A stretch of 64,000 nt of DNA from Oscillospiraceae bacterium (GTDB taxonomy: Bacteria; Bacillota; Clostridia; Saccharofermentanales; Saccharofermentanaceae), in contig CACZML010000005.1 in the NCBI GenBank assembly GCA_902782235.1, positions 1,091 through 65,090 of the forward strand. Reading direction: 5' to 3'. The position numbers were made by a program, and so were the translations under genes. This document shows, one piece after another, positions 1-10,021 of this stretch; within the stretch, counting starts at the first letter, position 1; each line of letters begins with the position of its first letter. The notes under the pieces are model-generated. The model searched no databases and had not been told where the DNA came from. It saw nothing but the letters and a program-made list of their open reading frames with translations.

Positions 1-152
1 ACATCCTTCTGGATCTCAAGACAAGGAGCTGCAACACCGGGTGTGTAAGCGATTGCGAGTTCTTCCTTAGTACCTACGGGAGCTTTGGCAATAACTTCGA
101 TCTTACCAGCCCACTCTTCATGCATCTTAATTGCTTTCTCATTAACGTCCAT
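1..152 (-). CDS. NAD(P)-dependent malic enzyme, 5' part (runs off the window edge; not in the ORF track)
   Basis: Manual translation gives MDVNEKAIKMHEEWAGKIEVIAKAPVGTKEELAIAYTPGVAAPCLEIQKD. The L(S/A)xAYTPGVAxPC motif is typical of bacterial malic enzymes. GGAGG RBS upstream. Confidence 0.9.
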   Translation of the reverse strand, partial: MDVNEKAIKMHEEWAGKIEVIAKAPVGTKEELAIAYTPGVAAPCLEIQKD

Positions 153-297
153 AATTATGAACCTCCGTTTTTAATCTTAACGCACTAATAATAAATATAA
201 ATAAAAGCAAAAACAATCTCGGGATTATAAGATTTTTTATCCAAATCAGCCTTTTTATTGTCGTTTTGAACAGTAAACAGGAAACCAAGACTATGCT

Positions 298-1137
298 TCA
301 GATCGCAAATGGCCTCTTGCCGCCTTTGATCGGGAAATCCTTCATGGTGCAGTAAGCCATTCCGGCAAGCCTTGCAAACGCGAGCCAGATCCATGTCGTA
401 ATGGCCGCGTCGACGATATAAAACGCCGTCAAAGAGAGGTTTGCCAGGAGCGGAACCGTAAAATCAACGATCAGAATGGCAAAAAGAATAAGACCTATGC
501 TTCTCATGTTGATGAAATAATATTTTCGCGAGAGCCTTACAGCATAAGGCAAAGAGCTGAAAAAGCCTGCATCACCCGAAAGATAAGCAACAGGAGCCGT
601 AAATACGAACGGCAGGCCGATAATTGCGATAAACATGAAATAGAACGTTATCAGGATAAAAGGCATTGAGATCAATGTCGAAAACAGCATGATCAGAACA
701 AGTCTTAAGAAGAGCTTGGAGCCCTTGATAGGCTTATCCGGAAGGTGCTCAACCGCATAGTTAAGGACCTCAGGATCATCATCCTGTACGGAAGCGACCT
801 TCTCTTTCCTGAATTCCCTTACATAAATGCCAGCATAAATATATGCGCTCGCCAGAAGGAGCAGGTATCCTGCACAAAGAGATACGATATATATGATGTT
901 TCCCGTACTGATCGGGATGGCATTCATCAGGGCATTATACTGGTCAGCATCGTATTCCGTGAGATTATAAACGTCCATGGCCCAGCTCTGAAGCGGGGTA
1001 AAATCGGTATCTGCCCAAGGATTAAAGTGAATTGCAGCATTAAGAACGACCGTAATCAGGTATAGAATACGGACTCCCCACCTGTTACCGACATTATCAA
1101 TGTCGAAAATGCTTTTAACAGCTGCTATTAACATCAA
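298..1137 (-). CDS. Hypothetical multi-pass membrane protein (279 aa)
   Basis: Long ORF with several hydrophobic segments; GGAG RBS just inside the called start; no family recognised. Confidence 0.7.
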   Translation of the reverse strand: MMLIAAVKSIFDIDNVGNRWGVRILYLITVVLNAAIHFNPWADTDFTPLQSWAMDVYNLTEYDADQYNALMNAIPISTGNIIYIVSLCAGYLLLLASAYIYAGIYVREFRKEKVASVQDDDPEVLNYAVEHLPDKPIKGSKLFLRLVLIMLFSTLISMPFILITFYFMFIAIIGLPFVFTAPVAYLSGDAGFFSSLPYAVRLSRKYYFINMRSIGLILFAILIVDFTVPLLANLSLTAFYIVDAAITTWIWLAFARLAGMAYCTMKDFPIKGGKRPFAI

Positions 1138-1281
1138 TACACCTCAAATCATTCAATATCGTTATATTACGCAAAACGAGCAGATTTTGAAAGATAAAAC
1201 ATAAAATTGAACCAACTTTTACTCAAAAAGTAATACTTGTGATACAATCTCCCTATTATATTTCTAGAAGGTCGTATAAAT

Positions 1282-3192
1282 ATGATTGATTTTCATGTAA
1301 TACCTGATTTATTGTACTTTATTCCTGCTGCAAACCATTCTGCACAGGATATCAGGAACATTCTCAGCGCTCACCCTGAAGTCAAGTTCGTATCTCTTGC
1401 AGCTGTAGACCTCATGGGCAACGATACTGACGAGAAGATCCCCTTATCAGACTTCATCGACAACATTGAGAACTATTTAGACGGTAAGGCTGTCCAAACT
1501 GACGGCTCCTCCGTTGTACTTCCCGGCATTGCCACATTGAACGACGGTAAGGTTGACCTCATTCCTGACAGCAAGGTAATCTGGTACATCGACTATAACT
1601 ACGAGCACATCGACTTTGAGACAGGAAAGCCCATTGGTACTCTCCGTATCCCCTCTTTCCTCAAGCACAATAACGATGAGGTTTGCTCCAGATCTATTCT
1701 CCGTAAGAGCACAGAATTCTTCGAAAAGACTGTAAAAGAGAGATTCTTAAACGATCCCGGTTTGTGCGCTGATTACGGCTTTACACCTGACGAGCTCGAT
1801 CACATCACAACGATCACTGCTACAGAGCTCGAGTTCTGGGTAAACTCCCCTGATGAGATCATCAGCACAGAGCAGCTCTCTATCTCCCAGGAACTTAAGG
1901 AGTCTTACTGGAAGCGCACCAAGGGCGTCGTAAGAACAGCATTAGAGCAGGTCATCCTCCTTCTCGACAACTACGGCTTCAATCCTGAGATGGGACACAA
2001 GGAAGTCGGCGGCGTTAAGGCATCTCTTAACTCATCCGGCCAGTTCCACTTCATCATGGAGCAGCTCGAAGTCGACTGGAAGTATTCAGATGCCCTCCAG
2101 GGTGCTGACTATGAACTTATCGCAAGGATCCTTATCAAGGAGATCTTCAGACTTCACGGTCTCGATGTAAGCTTCAACGCTAAGCCTCTGCCCGGTGTTG
2201 CAGGTTCAGGTGAACATACACACGTTAACGCAGTTGCTTACCTTAAGAGCGGCAAGAAGATCAATCTCTTCGCACCTGAGGATACAAAGGTTGATTTCTT
2301 AAGCAGATTCGGCTGGGGCTGCCTCATGGGCATCATGAAGCACTACAGCAACGTTATCAATCCTTTCGTTTCTGCTACTACAGATGCATTTGAGCGTCTT
2401 ACACCCGGATTCGAAGCTCCTACACACAGCGTAGCTTCCATCGGAATGGACGTTAACACACCTTCTCGTAACAGATCAGTACTTTTAGGTCTCGTAAGAA
2501 GCGAAGATACAAAGTATGCGACAAGATTCGAGCTCCGTGCTCCGAACCCGCACACAAATACATATCTCTGCCTTGCTTCCGTATACCAGGCTATGCTTGA
2601 CGGTATTGCTTATGCAATCGATTCAGGCAAAGATACAAAGGCTTTGGAAGCTGAATTCATTAAGCCTTACGGTGAACCGAGCGATTACCTTGAGAAAGAC
2701 AGGCTCTACCGTTGTGAAGACGATATTTTCGAAGATATGGATTCAAATGAGCGTGACAGACTCTTCGGAACTCCTGCAGCTACAGTTTATGAGTCCCTTT
2801 CCACTCTTAAGGAATCTGATGTTGCTGAGATCCTCTGCAGAGGCAATGTTTTCGACGGCAAGCTTATAAACTCCTACTATCAGGCAATGCTCGTACGCTG
2901 GGAGATGGAGCTCATGGAAAAGATCATCCCTGCTAACCTCTCACTTATCAGAAGCATCACAAGAACTGATGACGGAACTGTAAGCTACGATGAAAAGCTC
3001 TGGAACGATATCGAAGATCTTAAGCTCCTGCTCGCTAAAGATACAGACGTTCAGGATTCTATCTTCACAAGAGTTAAGAATGCTGTTAAGTCCGGCGACT
3101 GGGAGAAGACTTCCGAATATCAGCGCGCAATGAAGAACGCAATGAACGAACTTAAGAACAAGTACAAGACATATTGCGATAACCAGATCTAA
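1282..3192 (+). CDS. glnA: Glutamine synthetase (long clostridial form, 636 aa)
   Basis: Motifs TDGSS, ELEF, HKEVG, QLE, KPxxGxAGSGEHTH, PGFEAP, NRS and RFELRAPNP. Confidence 0.9.
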   Translation: MIDFHVIPDLLYFIPAANHSAQDIRNILSAHPEVKFVSLAAVDLMGNDTDEKIPLSDFIDNIENYLDGKAVQTDGSSVVLPGIATLNDGKVDLIPDSKVIWYIDYNYEHIDFETGKPIGTLRIPSFLKHNNDEVCSRSILRKSTEFFEKTVKERFLNDPGLCADYGFTPDELDHITTITATELEFWVNSPDEIISTEQLSISQELKESYWKRTKGVVRTALEQVILLLDNYGFNPEMGHKEVGGVKASLNSSGQFHFIMEQLEVDWKYSDALQGADYELIARILIKEIFRLHGLDVSFNAKPLPGVAGSGEHTHVNAVAYLKSGKKINLFAPEDTKVDFLSRFGWGCLMGIMKHYSNVINPFVSATTDAFERLTPGFEAPTHSVASIGMDVNTPSRNRSVLLGLVRSEDTKYATRFELRAPNPHTNTYLCLASVYQAMLDGIAYAIDSGKDTKALEAEFIKPYGEPSDYLEKDRLYRCEDDIFEDMDSNERDRLFGTPAATVYESLSTLKESDVAEILCRGNVFDGKLINSYYQAMLVRWEMELMEKIIPANLSLIRSITRTDDGTVSYDEKLWNDIEDLKLLLAKDTDVQDSIFTRVKNAVKSGDWEKTSEYQRAMKNAMNELKNKYKTYCDNQI

Positions 3193-3212
3193 AAGTAATC
3201 AATTAAAAGATC

Positions 3213-3244
3213 AAAGCCTGCAGTTATATGCTGCAGGCTTTTTT
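3213..3244. terminator. Bidirectional intrinsic terminator between glnA and the convergent lipoprotein gene
   Basis: AAAGCCTGCAG-ttatatg-CTGCAGGCTTT followed by a T run. Confidence 0.85.
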
Positions 3245-4127
3245 ATTCGCTTTTGATCCAGATTGCGGGACGGACACCAACCTCGACCATACCGCCAAAA
3301 TAATTGTAATCCCAACCGGCAAAGCCATGAACACTTACATAGCAGACGCTTCTGTTGTTCATACCGGGAGACCGGAGCCACCAATAAGAGTATTCTTTTC
3401 CGGTCAGATCTTCCGTATATCCCATTTCAATAAATCCACGGGCTTCCTCTTCCGGTATCACATAAACATAAGCATGATTTGAAACTGCATAGGGTGTCGC
3501 TTCTGCCAGTAATGCCTGAGAATAACCGGATTGCCTCTCTTCATCCCATAAATTGAAATCATAATATTTTATTACTTCTTCAGCACTTAAACAAAAAACC
3601 TTATCCTTAGTAGTTTTGCCGCCATCAACGTTATATATCGGGTTTTTCTCAGTCTTAAGCTCAGTAGTAAGTATTAATTGCTGTTCATCTTTATCGAAAG
3701 CGTTATTAAGAAATTCCTTGTTCATCCATGATCTTAACAGGCTGCTGTGCCATTTGATCTTTTCGGGAGTTCTGGCATATGGTGAAACGTCAATAAAGGA
3801 ATGGCAATCCAGAATATATCTGCTTAATAGAAGCATCTTACCGTCTTCTTTATCCAAAATATCCCATACGATAGGTTCCGGTCCGTTATCAAGATTTCCA
3901 TCCTGTTCGTAATGCCCGAAAACAACGCAATCGGAATCCAAAACAGACTCAGATGTCTCAACCGAAGTAGTTTCAGAAGAAAATTCTGTTGTAGTCTCAG
4001 AAGTTACAGATACCTCGGCAGACGTTTCAGTAACAGGTTCAGTCTGAGGTTCAGTATTTATGTTGCATGCAGCCATCAGCATAGTTGCAGTAATAACCAA
4101 TATAGTTATCGGTTTTCTCATAAACAA
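3243..4127 (-). CDS. Lipoprotein with Thr/Glu/Ser-rich linker and DUF6273-like C-terminal domain
   Basis: Lipobox-like LMAAC, TET-rich linker, FGxYEQDG...PIxW, W..S.LR.WMN..F, WWLRSPG and terminal GVRPAIW. Confidence 0.75.
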   Translation of the reverse strand: MFMRKPITILVITATMLMAACNINTEPQTEPVTETSAEVSVTSETTTEFSSETTSVETSESVLDSDCVVFGHYEQDGNLDNGPEPIVWDILDKEDGKMLLLSRYILDCHSFIDVSPYARTPEKIKWHSSLLRSWMNKEFLNNAFDKDEQQLILTTELKTEKNPIYNVDGGKTTKDKVFCLSAEEVIKYYDFNLWDEERQSGYSQALLAEATPYAVSNHAYVYVIPEEEARGFIEMGYTEDLTGKEYSYWWLRSPGMNNRSVCYVSVHGFAGWDYNYFGGMVEVGVRPAIWIKSE

Positions 4128-4198
4128 ACCTCCATATAATCTGAAATAAGTGTATCACAGCTGCGGAATATAAGTGTTTTCTTTTCTGAACAATAAGT

Positions 4199-4228
4199 GA
4201 AGGGCTGTCCCATATGAGACAGCCCTTC
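4199..4228 (-). terminator. Hairpin / probable terminator after the aquaporin gene
   Basis: GAAGGGCTGTC-ccatatga-GACAGCCCTTC inverted repeat; weak U tract. Confidence 0.6.
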
Positions 4229-4270
4229 GTACCCGGTCGGGTTAATAATGAATCAGTAAGGTACTACTAA

Positions 4271-4960
4271 TTAATCTTTCTTTGCCATGACCTTATAGAT
4301 AACAGCTGCTAAAGCTGCACCAACGAAAGGTCCTACGATGAATACCCAGAGGGATGCGAGAGCATCGCCGCCGGCGAAGATAGCGGGACCGATTGAACGT
4401 GCAGGGTTAACTGATGTACCTGTAAGTCCGATACCTAAGATGTGAACCATAACGAGAGAAAAACCGATTACAACGCCGCCGAATGAACCGTGACCAGCCT
4501 TGGAATCAGTTACTCCGAGGATTACGAGAACGAAGATGAATGTTAAGAGGATCTCAACGATAAGACCAGCAACAGCATTGCCGCCAACACCGGCTAAACC
4601 ATTTGAACCGAGGCCGCCTGTCTTATCCGTTACCTGTCCTAAGCTGAAAATGATCTTGAGGCATGCAGCACCGCTGATTGCACCCAAAACCTGGCTGACA
4701 AAATAAAGGAAGAAATCCGGAACGCTCATTTTGCCGGAGATTAAAACTGCCAATGAAACAGCAGGATTAATGTGACAGCCGGAAACATTTCCGACGCAGT
4801 AAGCCATACCGACAATAACGAGGCCAAAAGCAAAAGCTGTGAGGATATAACCGCAGCCGGAAGCTGAATCACAGCCAACGAGCATAGCAGTACCACATCC
4901 TACCAGTACGAGAGTAAATGTACCGATAAACTCGGCAATACACTTTTTGAACGAGTCCAT
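4271..4960 (-). CDS. aqpZ: Aquaporin (MIP family, AqpZ-like)
   Basis: Two NPA motifs (HINPAVS, SVNPARS), N-terminal AEFIGTF, six hydrophobic helices. Confidence 0.9.
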   Translation of the reverse strand: MDSFKKCIAEFIGTFTLVLVGCGTAMLVGCDSASGCGYILTAFAFGLVIVGMAYCVGNVSGCHINPAVSLAVLISGKMSVPDFFLYFVSQVLGAISGAACLKIIFSLGQVTDKTGGLGSNGLAGVGGNAVAGLIVEILLTFIFVLVILGVTDSKAGHGSFGGVVIGFSLVMVHILGIGLTGTSVNPARSIGPAIFAGGDALASLWVFIVGPFVGAALAAVIYKVMAKKD

Positions 4961-5008
4961 ATCAACACCTGCCTTTAATTATTTGAGCAGGTATTGACCT
5001 GCCCTTAA

Positions 5009-6184
5009 TTAATTATATACAAACTCTTCGTTATTGCATTTAATTATTACTTCATTTGTGTTACCGTTTGAAGACTTTTCGACATGGCCGATAACCTTGG
5101 ACTCAATATTGAAAGATGAAGCAATTTCAATGATCTTAGAAGCGACAGACTCATCTGCATAGAATTCAATTCTGTGTCCGCAGTTAAATACCTGATAGAG
5201 TTCCTTCATAGGGATCTCGCCGGACTCATAGATTGCCTGGAAAAGCGGAGGAAGATCAAACATGTTGTCCTTAACATATCTGACACCTGTACCGAAATCA
5301 CGGCACTTAGCCTGTCCGCCGCCTGTGCAGTGGATGATTCCGTAGATATTCTCTCTGTAGGAAGCGAGCACCTTGGAAATAACAGGAAGGAATGTTCTTG
5401 TAGGAGCAAGGATAGCCTCACCTACAGTTACATCTGTTCCGGGGAGCTTATCGGAAAGTCTGTACTTACCGCAGTATGCCTTATCCTCGCCCAATGTATC
5501 TGAGAAAGATTCCTTGTAATTCTCGAAATAATGCTTGTTGAGGAGCATATGGCGTGCAGCTGTAAGACCATTTGAGGACATACCTGAATTGTACTTATCC
5601 TCATACGTAGCCTGACCGAAAGAAGCAAGACCTACGATAACGTTGCCGGGCTTAATATTAGCTGCATTGATGACTTCGGATCTCTTAGCTCTTGCAACGA
5701 GTGTGGAGTCAACGATAAGTGTTCTTACGAGGTCTCCGACGTCAGCAGTCTCACCGCCGCACATTGTGATATTGATGCCCTGGGAAGCAAGCTTTGCGAT
5801 GATCTCGTCATAGCCTTCGATTACCTTTGCGATTGCCTTGCCGTCGACTCTGTGAGCGTTACGGCCGATAGTATTGGAGAGCATGAGGTTCTCTGTAACA
5901 CCGCAGCAAGCGAGGTCATCAGTATTCATTACGAGTGAATCCTGGGCAAGGCCCTTGAACCAGTCGTAATTGCCTGTCTCTTTATACATAAGGTAAGCAA
6001 CGGAGGATTTAGTACCAGCGCCGTCAGCGTGGATTGCCGTGCAGTATTCGGGATCACCTGCCAGATCTTCGATAAGCTTACAGAAAGCTCCGGGGAAAAC
6101 ACCCTTGGACTGATTCTTGACTGCTGCCTTTACATCATCCTTTGTAGGTGAAACGCCTCTGGACAAATATGATTCTGCTGACAT
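5009..6184 (-). CDS. purM: Phosphoribosylformylglycinamidine cyclo-ligase (AIR synthase), long form
   Basis: Y..RGVS..KDDV, HADGAGTKS, MNTDDL, GGETADVGD, HCTGGG and FNCGHR motifs. Confidence 0.85.
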   Translation of the reverse strand: MSAESYLSRGVSPTKDDVKAAVKNQSKGVFPGAFCKLIEDLAGDPEYCTAIHADGAGTKSSVAYLMYKETGNYDWFKGLAQDSLVMNTDDLACCGVTENLMLSNTIGRNAHRVDGKAIAKVIEGYDEIIAKLASQGINITMCGGETADVGDLVRTLIVDSTLVARAKRSEVINAANIKPGNVIVGLASFGQATYEDKYNSGMSSNGLTAARHMLLNKHYFENYKESFSDTLGEDKAYCGKYRLSDKLPGTDVTVGEAILAPTRTFLPVISKVLASYRENIYGIIHCTGGGQAKCRDFGTGVRYVKDNMFDLPPLFQAIYESGEIPMKELYQVFNCGHRIEFYADESVASKIIEIASSFNIESKVIGHVEKSSNGNTNEVIIKCNNEEFVYN

Positions 6185-6229
6185 TGCTTATATCCTCCAT
6201 TTATAAAATGCTTTGTTTACGTTTTCCGT

Positions 6230-6563
6230 GCAGACCGGTAAGCCGGGTTCTGTATATGACGATCATCTATCTAGACGTAATATCTCTAAAACGTTCAAGC
6301 CGTCTCCTAAGGCTCGCGGACCACGATATGCCTTTCCACGACGTTGCTCCGGATGGGGTTTACAAGGCCGGTATGTCTCCACACCGCCGGTGAGCTCTTA
6401 CCTCGCCTTTTCATCCTTACCCTTGCGGGCGGTTTTCTTTTCTGTTGCACTTTCCTTAAAGTTGCCTTCACCGGGAACTGCCCGGCACCCTGTCCTGTGG
6501 AGCCCGGACTTTCCTCATGCGCCGTACTTTCGTACCCTGGCGCCCGCGATCGTCTCGGCCTGC
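6230..6563 (-). ncRNA. rnpB: RNase P RNA, bacterial type A
   Basis: Minus strand has GAGGAAAGTCCGGGCTCC near the 5' end, AGTGCAACAGAAA, GGTAAGAGC, GTAAACCCC and 3' ACAGAACCCGGCTTA; P1 pairing GCAGGCCG/CGGTCTGC. Confidence 0.97.
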
Positions 6564-6597
6564 CCGAAAAACATAATTATTTTATTAATAAATTTAA

Positions 6598-7371
6598 TCA
6601 AAGTATAGATGATACTTCGTTGTTATAATTCACAGTAATATCTATGCCCGGATACTTATCCGAAAGCAGTTTTGCTATCTTGGGCAGATATGCCTGTTCG
6701 GTCGCAGAATGGCCTGCAATAACTGTGTTTATGCCCATCTGGCCAAGTCCTACGCATACGTGATGCTTGATCTCGCCGGAAACGACGGTATCAATTCCGT
6801 TCTTTAAGATAACATCAACTGAATCCTCGTCAAATGAACCGCCCTGAATGAAGACCTTCTTAACGGTATTCTGGGGGTCATTGATAGTGATAATGCCGCT
6901 GCAGCCAAGATCCCGGGCTACCTTCTGGCAATATGCCTTAAGAGTAACGGGTTCTTCTGATTCAATCTCATATACAACGCCGCAAACCGCTCCGTCAAGG
7001 TGCGTCGCATTCGTTACTCCGAGCCTTTCAGCGATAGCCAGATTGCCGAATTCGTCCGTAAGGTCGAGATTTGTATGGCAGCTGATTACCGATATTCCTG
7101 ACTTTACCAGTTCAACAAGTGTCCTTCCGACATAATCGTCCATCGTAAGAGCCTTGATGCCGCCGAATATTATCGGGTGATGGGTTACGATAAGGTTTGC
7201 TCCACAGGATTTAGCTGCCTGGATAGCCTTGCTTGTAAGATCCAATGAGACCAGTATTGCTGATACAACCTTATCTCTGTTGCCTGCGATAAGTCCCACG
7301 TTATCGTAATCAAGCGCATTTTCGCGCGGGAAAACTTCATTTAAATAATGTTCAATGTCATTGACCTGCAT
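6598..7371 (-). CDS. Nif3-like dinuclear metal centre protein (YqfO/YbgI)
   Basis: DNVGL, THHP, HTNLD, GEIKHH and GHSATE motifs. Confidence 0.9.
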   Translation of the reverse strand: MQVNDIEHYLNEVFPRENALDYDNVGLIAGNRDKVVSAILVSLDLTSKAIQAAKSCGANLIVTHHPIIFGGIKALTMDDYVGRTLVELVKSGISVISCHTNLDLTDEFGNLAIAERLGVTNATHLDGAVCGVVYEIESEEPVTLKAYCQKVARDLGCSGIITINDPQNTVKKVFIQGGSFDEDSVDVILKNGIDTVVSGEIKHHVCVGLGQMGINTVIAGHSATEQAYLPKIAKLLSDKYPGIDITVNYNNEVSSIL

Positions 7372-8053
7372 TTTTCTTCCTTTCTTCTAAAGCCGCTTTT
7401 ACAGTCGGGTTGCTTCTCTGTCTGATCTCGAAAACCTCGTTTAAGTGATCGAAATACTCTGCAACCGCTTTATCCCCGCTGATGTTTTTCTTAAGAAGCA
7501 CAGGGCCGTAGCATGCTTCTTCATCAGTTATCGTAGTGCTGATCCCCTTAAACACTACACGCATACAATTATAGAATATATCCCTGTCATAACAAACATC
7601 TTCATCCACAAAAACAAAGCCCGCTTTGGAAAGATATTTCCTTACGATATCGTTTGATTTCTGGGGCTGAAGCACGAAAGTGACATTCTCAAAAACATGA
7701 TATCCGTTATCTTTTAGAGCTCTCGTGATGATATCGACGATATTAAGACCGCCCATACCGGCAATAACTACGGTATCGCCAGCCATAAGCGGAACACCCT
7801 TAAGACCGTCAGTGATATAAACTTCGGATGAATCTCCAAAACCTGCTTCAACAAGCGCGTCCTGTGATCTTTGAGCAGGACCTTTATGTATCTCAGTACA
7901 CACGGCAGATTCAGCAAGGCCTTCCTCAAGACATCTTACAGCCAGATATCCGTGGTCGGAACCTACATCGATGACCCTCCCGGAAACAGCATCTTTCCTG
8001 GCCTTCTTAACCTGTTCAAACACCATTTCAAGTCTTACGGTCAATTCCTGCAT
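7358..8053 (-). CDS. trmK: tRNA (adenine22-N1)-methyltransferase
   Basis: DVGSDHGYL, DGL and IAGMGG motifs; usual position upstream of nif3. Confidence 0.9.
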   Translation of the reverse strand: MQELTVRLEMVFEQVKKARKDAVSGRVIDVGSDHGYLAVRCLEEGLAESAVCTEIHKGPAQRSQDALVEAGFGDSSEVYITDGLKGVPLMAGDTVVIAGMGGLNIVDIITRALKDNGYHVFENVTFVLQPQKSNDIVRKYLSKAGFVFVDEDVCYDRDIFYNCMRVVFKGISTTITDEEACYGPVLLKKNISGDKAVAEYFDHLNEVFEIRQRSNPTVKAALEERKKNAGQ

Positions 8054-10002
8054 CAGAGGTCTCCGATCCTGTTTCTTAGAGATAATTTGTAATCAGCAAG
8101 ACGGCCAAGCATGGCATCGATCTTTTTCTTCTCCTCAGGAGATGCCGAACCTCTCTTATTCATGAGGCGCTCTTCCTCGCGGTTGATTATCGACTCTCTG
8201 ACCTTAAGGAGCAATGCCAGATACATGTCACTCTTCACCTTAACGTCAGGGCTCTTATCAGCCTGCTCAACGGCTCTGAGCATAACATCTTCAGCGGGCA
8301 TACCATTTATCGTAAGCCTTGAGAAATAGTCGCTCATCTTGGCAAACAAGGTCTCATTCTTACCATCACAGATATTCAGGAATATCCTTACGAGTTCTCT
8401 TAAAGTATCGCCGGAGAAATCGTCAGGTCTTATGATGTCAGTCTTTTCGATGCGGTCATTCTTAGCAAGTGCGCTTCCGAGTGATAAAGCATAAGCGAAA
8501 AGATCGATCTCCTCTTTGGTAGCAGTATCAACGACCTTCTTAAACACAGGTGTCTCAGGAACGGACTCAGAAGGCTCAGAAGGAGAATACTCTTCGAATT
8601 CTTCAGCACTGTTGCGGCGTCCGATATCTTCCCTTCTCTCACGCTCCAAGGCTCTTGCATTTACAACTTCCTGCTTCTTGTCTTCAGCCTGCTGGAACTT
8701 TATCATCTGGTTCATTACGGCCTGAGCTGAAGCACCGAGCAAAGGCGCAGCGACACCTGCCATTCTGCTCATCTTGATCTCGTCGTTCATCCATGAACCA
8801 TATGTGCATATATCCTTCTGGTATCTGCCCCTGTCGAGCACGCCTGTCTCAGGATCTGTATTATCGTTCTTGGCTCTTTCAAGGAGATAATCCTCAACGT
8901 AAAGAGCATTCTTAACTACGTCTTTGAACTTCTCAGCACCGTTGGTCTTGATATATTCATCAGGATCCTTGCCGTCGGGTACTTTGGCGATCCTGATGCG
9001 GATATTTATGCCTGTAAGCTTTTTCAAATATTCCATCATCATGCTGATGGCTCTTAAAGCAGCATTCTGTCCTGCGTTATCAGCATCGAAGAAGAAAACA
9101 ACTTCTTCGGCATATTTAGCGCAGAGCTTAAGCTGGCTGTCAGTAAAAGACGTTCCCAATGCAGCAACGGTATTCTTAAAACCGGCAGCATGCATTGCGA
9201 TAGCATCCATATAACCCTCAACGACGATAAGCTGCTTGGACTGCTCTTTCCTTGCAAAGTTCATCGCATAAAGGTGGTTCTGCTTGTTATAGACTAATGA
9301 ATCCGGTGAATTGATATATTTAGGCTTCTCATCACCTAATGCTCTTCCGCCAAAGGCAATAATGGTTCCAAACGAATCAAAGATCGGGAACATAAGCCTT
9401 CCGCGGAAAAGATCATATGGCTTATTTGTTTTCTGTGAATTGGCAAAGATACCGGATTTAAGGAGTTCCTCGTCCTTATATCCCTTCTGCCTTAAGATAT
9501 CGTAGAGGCCTCCCTTGATAGGAGAATAACCAATCCCGAAATGATCCAGAGTCTGCTTTGAAAGCTCTCTTTTAGCCGCATAATCTCTTGCAGGCTTTCC
9601 GATCTGAGCATCATTAAATGACTTGTAATAGTACTTGGCAGCTTCCTTAAGGATGTCCTTAACGCGGTTCTTCTCTTCCTTCTGAATACTGTCACCGGAA
9701 TAACCAGTCTCCGGGATCTCAACGCCGTAAAGCTCGCCGAGATGTCTTATTGCCTCAGGATAGTTAAGATGCTCAATTTCCATGATGAAGCTTATGGCGT
9801 TGCCGCCCTTACCGCATCCGAAGCACTTGTAGATACCCTTGGCAGGATTTACAGAGAAAGAAGGTGTCTTCTCTGAATGGAACGGGCACAAGCCCCAGAG
9901 ATTGCCTCCCTGGCGCTTAAGGAGGACATAACGACCTACAACGGATTCTATATCCGCCCTGGTAAGTACTTCATCAATTACATTATCAGGTATAAGTCCC
10001 AC
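8053..10002 (-). CDS. dnaG: DNA primase
   Basis: Zn finger CPFHxEKTPSF...CFGC, FRGRLMFPI, KYINSP, TOPRIM VVEGYMD, DADNAG and KDPDE. GTG start. Confidence 0.97.
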   Translation of the reverse strand: MGLIPDNVIDEVLTRADIESVVGRYVLLKRQGGNLWGLCPFHSEKTPSFSVNPAKGIYKCFGCGKGGNAISFIMEIEHLNYPEAIRHLGELYGVEIPETGYSGDSIQKEEKNRVKDILKEAAKYYYKSFNDAQIGKPARDYAAKRELSKQTLDHFGIGYSPIKGGLYDILRQKGYKDEELLKSGIFANSQKTNKPYDLFRGRLMFPIFDSFGTIIAFGGRALGDEKPKYINSPDSLVYNKQNHLYAMNFARKEQSKQLIVVEGYMDAIAMHAAGFKNTVAALGTSFTDSQLKLCAKYAEEVVFFFDADNAGQNAALRAISMMMEYLKKLTGINIRIRIAKVPDGKDPDEYIKTNGAEKFKDVVKNALYVEDYLLERAKNDNTDPETGVLDRGRYQKDICTYGSWMNDEIKMSRMAGVAAPLLGASAQAVMNQMIKFQQAEDKKQEVVNARALERERREDIGRRNSAEEFEEYSPSEPSESVPETPVFKKVVDTATKEEIDLFAYALSLGSALAKNDRIEKTDIIRPDDFSGDTLRELVRIFLNICDGKNETLFAKMSDYFSRLTINGMPAEDVMLRAVEQADKSPDVKVKSDMYLALLLKVRESIINREEERLMNKRGSASPEEKKKIDAMLGRLADYKLSLRNRIGDL

Positions 10003-10021
10003 GTTAAGCCTCGTTTTAAAT

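Noticed and set aside
6148-6628. ORFs 6148..6393(+), 6213..6608(+) and 6344..6628(+)
   Set aside because: They overlap the RNase P RNA gene and are spurious.
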